A stretch of DNA of 64,000 nucleotides from Balanoglossus misakiensis. Its lineage: Eukaryota; Animalia; Hemichordata. Under the pieces are notes generated by a model. It ran no database searches. It saw only the letters and a program-made list of their open reading frames with translations, and was not told the origin of the DNA. Shown here piece after piece: positions 54,979-64,000 of this stretch. Made by a program: the position numbers and the translations under genes. The stretch covers positions 434,001 through 498,000 of the forward strand of contig CM082577.2 in the NCBI GenBank assembly GCA_040954595.2, in the 5' to 3' direction. Numbering within the stretch: the first letter of the stretch is position 1; the number at the start of each line of letters is the position of its first letter.

Positions 54979-57715
54979 ATTCACAACATTATTCATTATT
55001 CATAAAAATGTTAAATATCACTTGTGATAATAATGATCCCGAACCAAATTTTGGCGGCAAAAAGCAAGGCCAAATAGTTCAACGCTATGACGACATTTAC
55101 ATGTAAACATGCGTAGAGGCAGTCAGTCCTATATTATTTTTTTTCTTCTCCTTGAATTGGTCGTACGTGATTGTTCAATCTGGCAAGGAACGACTCGAAC
55201 ACGATTGGCTGGTTATTCGAACGCCCCCACACACATCTGCACGCACTCATCAGGATGTTTCTCCTCCATCGGAATGTAATTCGCCCCCGGTACGAGGTGT
55301 TGACGTGAGACGAGTGGAAAGCCATTCACGGCGCGCGCGCACTCGGTTGGCGATGTCGTCACAGGACAAATCGTGCAAAATACATACATGTACAATTGTA
55401 TACGCAACAACCGAGCCGGAAGCCGTTATTATTGAACGAGATGAAATTAAAAGCGCACAAATAACACGAGAGGCGACTTTCATGGCGTGTCATTACCCGT
55501 CGTCAATTATAATATTCAACTGTAACCGTGACAGTTGTAGGTATCTGTTTACGTCTGAGTGGTAACAACGCTTATAGACATGCTTATAGAATATCTTGTT
55601 TCAATGTGTCGACAGAAAATTAAGCACATTTATTTTATAAATATGTTCAGTAATGTTGTCATTTCAGCGTGTATTCTCTATTTTTATGTTTTTGTTTTAA
55701 ATATGAGATCTTTCTCGAAATAAAAGTTATATTATCATTTATGGATATATGGAAATGAAACGACTAATTTGAGTGTTTTCACTGAACACACAGGAGTATG
55801 CGAAAACCATGTTTATGTGATAGAGGACTCCGCAGGGTTCATAAATGCGATTGAATTGAAATCTGTACGTGACGTCAGCCATATACAAATGGATATACGT
55901 ATCATAACAACAGCGTTGCGAACCGCAGCTCTGCGTGACAGGGCTACTATGAGCCTCAGGGGCAGATTTTCAGAAATATGATAGTCCTCCAAACCTTTCA
56001 ATTCTTTGCTGTATTAGTGTGTGCAGAGACATTTTAAAACGAAAATAAAAGGTACATGGCAACACATGTAATGAAAAGTTAGTTTAAAAAGTATACTGTT
56101 CAAATGGCGTGTACGCTTGCACTCATCAAACTTCCTTCCGCGCTAAACTTTCCACCAATCACAAGACAGCCTGTACTGCGCACGCCCACGACCAATCACC
56201 GAATTTCCGCCATCTGTGCGAAGGTGTCTGTCCGGTCGCTCACCGCGCTGTTCACTCAAACGCACTAAAATACATGTGCGATTGAGGAAAAAACGGTACG
56301 GGGTATCCCTATAACGACGGCCTTATTAACCATATGCTACACGTACGCCATCGATAGCCTATAAAAAGTATAAACTCGAGCTGAGCGTGGACCACTTTGG
56401 TGAGCGCGCCACGTAGCCGCGTTTCCTCTCTGAGGATCGACCCTAGCAACGGCTAGTCGTCGCAACCACACAAGGCGAGGCGCATGTGCCCGAAAAGAGC
56501 ACGAAGGGTGTTTAATAGTTGTGGAGAGGCAGCTTTGTTGCTGTGTTGTGTCTGAAGGTCATTGAACGGTCACCGCCACCTCTCCACGGCTGGAAAGGGC
56601 GCTGGTGCATCCATGAAAACAGTTTCATGCACAGCACGGTCGTTGAGTTCATGCGATGAGGTCTTTGCAACTTAATATCCTTCATTCTAGGTCCCACGCA
56701 AAACCCTGCGCTTAGGCCTTTAGGGTGTCTATATACGGGGGCTTCGGTTCAGGCGCGGAAGAGTTGGGGGGGGGGGGGGGGGGGTGCCGGTGATTGCGAC
56801 GTCATTCCGGCTCCGCGTACCAGCTAAATGAAACCCAGTGGGAACAGCATAGCACCTCCATGGCGCAGCAAGAGGCAACTGTGACGTTCAGTTCTGAGAA
56901 ATGGTGATGACCACGTCCACGCACACACGTGTTTCAATAATAAATTCGTAGCCCCTCCCCACAACTTTCAGGGGATGGAAACTACCCCATAATTAATGAA
57001 TGCTGATCAAACATTACAAGGACAGATTTGGACAACATTGTCAGAATGACAAATTTTATTAGTGTACATTCACAAAAAATTACAGCATATATGTAACAAA
57101 TAATGAACGACAATGTCTTCCTATAAAAAATGTAATGGTGGCCTTTAGGCAAATGTCAAAGTGTACATAAAAAACTTGTTTACTACAAAATCACAAAGAT
57201 GAAGAGAATACTAAATATGAGACACGTGTGTGGGCACGGCTGAGAAATCCTGAGGAATAATGAAGTCACAATGTGTGTGGCAAAGGAAACTGTCACTTTG
57301 GAACTTCGAGCTCTACAGAAAGTGACAAATATCAGAGGTGAACGCGGAGTTGATTACTCTCCGTTGAACCGAAAAAGACCGTGTGTAGGAAGGGCTAATC
57401 AAGAATTAACAAAGAGGCAATAGATGCATTGTTACTGAATGATGGTAACATAGTGCAGCCTAATTACACTGAAGTCTATTAATAGGACTTGACACAAATG
57501 TCCTAATCACTGCTTAAATGATTTGAACATTGTAAGATGATGATGTCTGTAGCTAAACTGAATAGTCGCAATAGGTAGGCTGGTTTATCTAGGCTTCTGA
57601 TACATAGAAAACTAAAAAAAAAACGTTACTCTTGAATCATATGTTGACATTTTGATGAAGACACTTGTTCTACATGTCTTTATTCATAAATTTACAAACT
57701 TTTATGAAATATTTA

Positions 57716-58028
57716 AGCAATAAAACACCCCCAGCCATGGTATACCACGAGATTTTGACCAGTTCACGACATATATGCACGAGCGATAGCGAGTGCGTAT
57801 ATGGAGTTGAACTGGTCAAAATCGAGTGGTATACCATGGCTGGGGGTGTTTTATTGCTATTATATTATGCCAGTATATTGAAACTTTGCATAAAACATTT
57901 TAAAAAGGCATTTTCTTTGACTATGATATATGACTGTGGTATATGGCTAATATATCACGGTCACGTGTCGTGTCTCGACCAATCAAATAGCGTGATTTAC
58001 ACCATCAATATACTGGTATAATATAATA
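57716..58028. mobile_element. Double-hairpin non-autonomous DNA element
   Basis: Hairpin 1 57716-57858 with a perfect 33-bp outer arm plus a 16-bp inner match; hairpin 2 arms 57858-57881 and 58005-58028 (23/24 match). Confidence 0.7.
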
Positions 58029-59346
58029 CATTCATAATAAACACAAAAAGTTTTTATTTGTGTTTGGGGCATTAAAAAACACTAACACCATAAATTGTAA
58101 CATCCTAAAAAATAATACAATATAATATATATTGTATACACAGACTGCAAGGTATCACATTTTTCATTCTGAAAAATCACCCATGAAAAAATACAATTAC
58201 AAAGATTGAATATGTGGACGGGTATTTATCTGTACTTCTAGCTGAGGATGTCTTCTGATCCTTGAGATTTAATAGAGTGCCAAGCTATTGATATAGGACA
58301 GAGTTTTGAAGGCTGTTTGTTCACATACCCCATGGGAAAGCCCTTCAATGGTTGACGCTGTTTTCTGTGAGAATGAAAAAAACCCCACCCCCTGTTGTAC
58401 AGAAAGGATGTCTATCCCCTTTGAGAATAACGTGTGAGATATTGAAGCATATGTTTTTTATAGTGTGAAGATGACATGCTGAATCATGCTGACTTTTGCT
58501 GTATTGTGTAGATGCAAAGATGCTCTGTATGAAACTGATACAAACAAAAAACATGCAGACATATATGGTGATACATATACGCATGTACATATATCTCAGC
58601 TTGTCAACACACATGGTCTGTTCATTTTTCTTGCATCAGACTATCACAAACCCCAATATGTATAATGACAAGAGAAAAAAATCCCTAAGCCATATTGTGT
58701 GGATAGGTACAGTATGGATGTCAGCAGTCAAGCCTCGAGCATTTCAAGAATTCTGACGGATTTCTAAACCATTAAACACGCCAGCATGTATTTCTGTCAA
58801 ACGTAGTGAGACCCAACAGATGTAAACACAGCTTGGTTGAATAACCTCACAATAATATTCAATGTTCTGATAGCTCTGCTTGGGAAACCCTGTGAAATGC
58901 TGCAACAAGAATGAAACACAACAATCTTGCACAGGCAGCAAATCCAATCCATGACTGAGATTTCACAAGAATATAAGTCAACAAATCATAATTATTGGCA
59001 TGGGCATAAATGTACTGTATCCCCATCCCCGATTTCACCAATAAATTCTAAAAAACAGAGAAATTATTTCTACTATCAAAACTTGGCACTAATTTCTGTT
59101 GTACAGATATGTAAGTTTTTTGTCATCTTATCAAAAAAAGTACTTAATTCAGTTTTGTATTTTTAAAACAACAACACGGATATATATATAATTATTAATG
59201 GAAGTTTACAATGACCTTATAACCATCCAATAAATGTAATGCCCCTTACAAATATATTGAATTGCTAGAAAACTAAAATACAGCATGGATGGAAGCAGAG
59301 AGCATCGTTCTTGATGAGGTAGCCCAACACAACTTTTCCCAATCGA

Positions 59347-62300
59347 TCATTCCAGTGAAGCAATCTCCAATCGCACTCCAGCACCGCCTACAGCAAAAAA
59401 CCTCCCGCCGTTGGTACTGTCCAAAGCTTGTACGGCTTTGTCGATCGAAACGGTGCCCAGAACCTACAGATCACAGAGAGACAAAAATTACTGACGTACA
59501 CTGGTACATGATTCATTCAGTCTTTCTTTTACAAAGAAAACATCCTCATTTTATGAAAATATGCTATTGAGCTCAACAAGAAAGGTGGTGGGTGGGTGGG
59601 CGGAAAGACCACCCCCTCCTTCCTAGTGAATAGAGAGGCCTTGGGGGTGGGTGATGTTGTTTCTCTCATTATTCCATGAGAGGGTCTAATTACCCGGTGT
59701 GATCTGACGGAATTGGGATTCCCAGTCAATAACACAAACAATAACTTTACAACAATTTCTGATTAATAGAGCAATCTCATCTGACGCAGGTTTTCGTCTT
59801 TGTTTACACTGACCAGTTTTTTTTACCTGGAACCAAAAATCTAACGCATTTCACTGAAACATGGCTATATTTATCTTACCAAGAAAATATGAAGGCAAAA
59901 CTAAAAGCTATTTTTTTTTAAATTCAGAATTCACATATTGGGACTTGAATAGAATACTTGAAACCTGTAGTTTCAGTGGTGAGAAGTAAGTACAAGATCT
60001 TGTTTATAAAAAAAAATTCATATTGATAATTTTAAGCAATAGATATGTAATTATATTTTTACTACACAAGAAAGAATGAATCACAGACCTACAGAACAGA
60101 AATAAGAAGAAAAATAAACACATTTAAATGATTTCAGTTAGTTTTATCATAGAGGGACATAAAATGATGCCATTTATATTCCTTTTGACGTAAATGCAAG
60201 AAACAAACACACACAGAAAGGCTACAGTTGTGAAGTGAAGGCCTTTTTAACTGTCGCGCATACACTACTTGAAATCTTGCAAGAGGGTAATGTCACTCTG
60301 ACCTCTTCAGAATATTAGAAAACACAAAGGACAATTCTAGAGAGACAGATTTATTCACCCACACACACTTACAATTCTTGGCGCAATTCATCTTGCCAAT
60401 TGAGCAATCAAGTCTCATGCCAAAGGAGTCCATAAAGACCATGTTGTTGATTTGATGAAAAAATCTGGTCTACTAATAAACCTGGGATCTGCGTATTTCC
60501 CTATGATATACAGCATCAACCCCAAGTGTTATTGCTGATCTAGTTTTGATGGGTCACCTTTGACTCTCCAACCCCTACTTCTCAGTTCAAAGGTCCAACC
60601 GCATCACTGGCAAACACATGAGGGTTGGACCATTGTGTGGCACTGGGGAGAGGAGGGGGGCAAAGGTGGGTTTAATTAAGTGCATTGGTACTTTGGAGTA
60701 ACATGGTGTTTATCATTGAAAATATTTTCTCCCCTGTACGCTGCAGTAACACAGGAATGTAAATAAGTATCCACACTATTGCTGCTGTCGTGGCTTGGTA
60801 CATTATGGTGGCTATAAAGCCTTTTATTTTTAAGAATAAAAGTACGGAAACAAGACAATCAAATATATCACTGAAGGCAGTTTCCTTTAATGTTATTTTG
60901 CTTTTACCAACAACCACAGATGGAAATTTAATTTTCACTGATCTATTGGAGCATAATACAAATGTTTTGTCCTTGGTTATAAATGACCTTTAAATTACCC
61001 CACCTGCTTTTATTTCACATTTAATATTGTTTGTCATGGTGATGCTTGATGCAACTGAAATGAACGGTGAACTTTTTATTCATGCTATTTTGCACAGTAA
61101 TGATGCGTTGGAGACAATCTCTCCTAAACCCCGAGAGCTCTGTGTATTGCGACAGCTGATCAGGTTTTATGTGCCGATGTCTTTCAGCTGCACTAAGCAC
61201 TCTGTTTTGATCTGCTACACCGATGGATGGAATTCTATTTAAAGCTTAGAAAATTTCCTTTTGATTTACATGCTGTGCTAAAAAACTGCTGGTTGGGTGA
61301 AGTGGATGCAAACGGCTGTTTTTATGAGATTATTACTTTTGTTTGGTTAGCTGCAGATAGTGGAAGGGCTGGAGAGAGAGAGAGACTAGCCAAGGTTTTC
61401 TGTGCATTTGTGTGATTTTTAAATGTTTGCAATTCAAAATGGCTATATGACTACCTTAACCTATATTGGAAATAAAAAAATGCAAAATTTCTCTTAAACA
61501 GTGACATGGTCAATAGCATTTACCACGAAACAACGAAAGAATACATATAAATACTTAAACAACTTTCATTTTCATTTTCATTTGGTCTACATGTGTGTCC
61601 TGGAAAAGGGGAGAGTCTGTGTTGACTCGATCCACAGTGTGTGAAAATACATCGGTGGTAAACTTTGGGTAATAAATAATACGATCCCAAAATAGAAAAC
61701 ATGGGCCTACAAGGATCTGTCATATTGTATTTTGCTCGGAAATCAAAATGACACATGAAATGAAAGTACATGTATGTACTATGTGTCTACAAATCACTGT
61801 GTGAGTGTCTTGACCTTCTACCAACTTTTGAAAGCACTTCATCTACCATGGCATACATCTTTTAGTGATGGTTACAAAAATAGAGGGCGCTATATGTTGT
61901 TGTAGATATTCCAACCGAAGATTTGTCTATTATACAGACATCAAAAGACAGTTGTACGTTCCTTTTTAATCATTCAATCAAAACTGGTGGTATATTATGT
62001 GGGCATAATTGGTGACTGTGTGTTGAGGCTACACAATGTCATGACAACAATAAGTGACAAATCATAATAATGTTCAAAATGCAAACAATCAAACCCAATG
62101 CAGACTAAAGCATGTAAAATGTACTTCATAATGTACCAGCTGCATTTTACCTCAAACGTGTTCCTGTTGATGGCTTTGACACTGTTTGTTCCACTGCCGC
62201 CAGCAAGCACCACATTGTTGTCACAGAATTGGCAAGTGTACAAGTATTCCCCGGCATCGCTACCAAATGGAATGTTGGTTTCCAGCCTCCCCGTGGAGAA

Positions 62301-64000
62301 ATCCCACAACTGTAGGCTGTTGTGGGCCAACCAGGATGCAGTCAGAATCTTTCCTTCCTGTGTGTGGCAAAATAGTGATGGGTTTAAGAAAACTGACTAA
62401 CTATTAAAAAATAACCAGTATTGAAACAACACAGCAGACATGATGAAATCGTCATAATTTCTTCATCACTTTCATAAGCCCTTGTTCTCACCTTGATGTC
62501 AATGGCATTGCCACAGACATGGGTTCCCTTAATCGTTCTCTGGACACCGGTTGTGGTTCTGCTGTCCCAAATCTGGTGGGTAAAGACAAGAACATCATTT
62601 TGAATATTTCGGTGTGATGACGAGTTACGGAGCAGAGCACAAATTTGTATGTACGTTGCAATCACTGTCTTACCCTAGTTTTTAACACTAATGGATGGGA
62701 AACAACTGAGAAGTGTACAATACAGTCTTACTTAAGCAAATACAAAACAGTTGTCTCTGGTCTCAAAAGTCAAGCTCTCTGTCTCCAGACTGAAAGTCTG
62801 TCATTCTTGTCGACATTTAATCTGTCATGAACCAACAACTCTCACCTTAAGACTGTCGTCCCAGCCACCAGTGACAAATATGTGGTCATCATCAGGATGG
62901 TATTTCAGGGCAAACACTCTCCTACCATGACCCAGTCCCTGAGACTCTTCTTGATCAGGAAGGAATTCAGTAGAGCTCTCATACTGCCGCACAAGCTATC
63001 ATGGATTGAAAAATAAACTTTAAAACAAATCACACAAAATTGCCACATGGGGGCGCTCTCCACATGTCCAGCAACGTACCTGCCTCTGCATATATACTGA
63101 TATACTGGTACATGTATTTTTTGCCTTAAAATTATTCAGGTTTTATCTAGTATAAACCATCGCCTTTCTTACCTCGTTGCATGATGTGTCGTACAAACGA
63201 ACAATCATATCTTTCCCTGCTGTTGCAAAGTGGCCACCGGTCACCGAAAAATCCAATGCATTGATTTCATTGTGTGATTCTGCAAGACACAAGTAGGAGT
63301 TTATTTTTCTTGAAAATTCAGCATTTTCCGAGTATTTGTGCTAGGATCACAAACGTTGCTGCTTTAAACTGGAAGGTTTTTTTTCTTCAGAACTTACCAG
63401 GAATATTTCCTCAAAGGTTTACAAGATGAATTGTGGATCAATGGACATCAAATTCACAGACCACTGCTGTGGGGTGATCATGAAAAAAAAATTAACATCC
63501 ATTTTGAATTACTAGTTTAGACAACCATCAAGGCTGCTGAACGATGCTGACCTCTGATCTTGAACTTGACTCCTAAAGTCTCGATGTTCCAGGCAGTTAT
63601 CATGCCGTCAGCACCAGCTCCAACCAAGATGTTTTTCTGATTCGGGTGGAAAGCCAGTGCCATCACTGGCAGGCCTTTAGTGGTGCCTTTGTGGATGTCC
63701 TTATAGAAGTGACCAGTTTGGGAAGTATACACCTGGTAAGGGGGGGGGGGGGAGGAAAGAATTCAATGAGTGAACGGAGCAGCTGAATGAATGGTAGTGA
63801 AAGGGTTAATTATCAAGTAAGCAGATCTCAGAGCAGACTCACCGATACTCCTCCATTGCCCTGACCGACTACCAACAGGTCACTCTCCAAGGAAAACTGG
63901 AGGCTGTATATCCCGGAATACAGTTCATTCAGCTTGGTCCCATGTAGTGCCTTGACAGAGGTGAAGGCACCTGTGGATTTGCTTTGTTCACTGTCAATGG
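59347..64000 (-). CDS. WD40-repeat (beta-propeller) protein, 3' seven coding exons; 5' end outside window
   Basis: Exons 64000-63843, 63732-63552, 63279-63173, 62995-62846, 62572-62492, 62357-62151, 59463-59347 with GT-AG borders and consistent phases. WD repeats include INALDFSVTGGHFATAGKDMIVRLYD, GHGRRVFALKYHPDDDHIFVTGGWDDSLKIWD and ILTASWLAHNSLQLWD. Ends ...GGRFFAVGGAGVRLEIASLE*. Confidence 0.92.

Noticed and set aside
54751-55106. Poly-Ser and poly-Met ORFs
   Set aside because: Translations of the (GAT)n microsatellite, not genes.
56417-56758. RNase MRP/P, 7SK, telomerase RNA or hammerhead ribozyme identity for the structured element
   Set aside because: Lacks the CR-I GAAAGUCCCC / GGAAGGUCUG motifs, the paired GAUC motifs of 7SK, a CUAACCCUAA template, and a properly arranged CUGANGA...GAAA core.
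56766-56784. Poly-G run as a mitochondrial control-region insertion (NUMT)
   Set aside because: No flanking tRNA or mitochondrial gene similarity; other G-runs occur throughout the window.

Overview
This is AT-rich, intron-containing animal genomic DNA. Protein sequences and gene structure suggest an invertebrate, possibly a non-vertebrate deuterostome (inference). It is not prokaryotic: there is no CRISPR array, operon or prophage, and most of the supplied ORF track is noise. Three genes can be reconstructed by hand. (1) A complete 22-coding-exon DNA ligase I gene (LIG1, + strand, 19458-36123, 1027 aa). (2) A single-coding-exon Tob/BTG-family gene (- strand, 51305-52270) with two PAM2 motifs and an immediate-early-type promoter. 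(3) The 3' seven coding exons of a WD40-repeat gene (- strand, 59347 to beyond 64000). A probable first coding exon of a fourth, unidentified minus-strand gene lies at 16392-16552. Repeats include a Helentron/DINE-like composite with a 3-copy ~224-bp tandem array, a double-hairpin element, TTAA-associated MITE relics and a (GAT)n microsatellite. I cannot demonstrate a new biological system. The best leads are an unexplained multi-hairpin GC-rich ~400-nt element between facing TATA boxes (56360-56784), candidate antisense first exons suggesting LIG1 may overlap or be nested in a larger minus-strand gene, a conserved H3K9-mimic TARK motif in LIG1, and a miR-92-family 8mer overlapping the Tob poly(A) signal.
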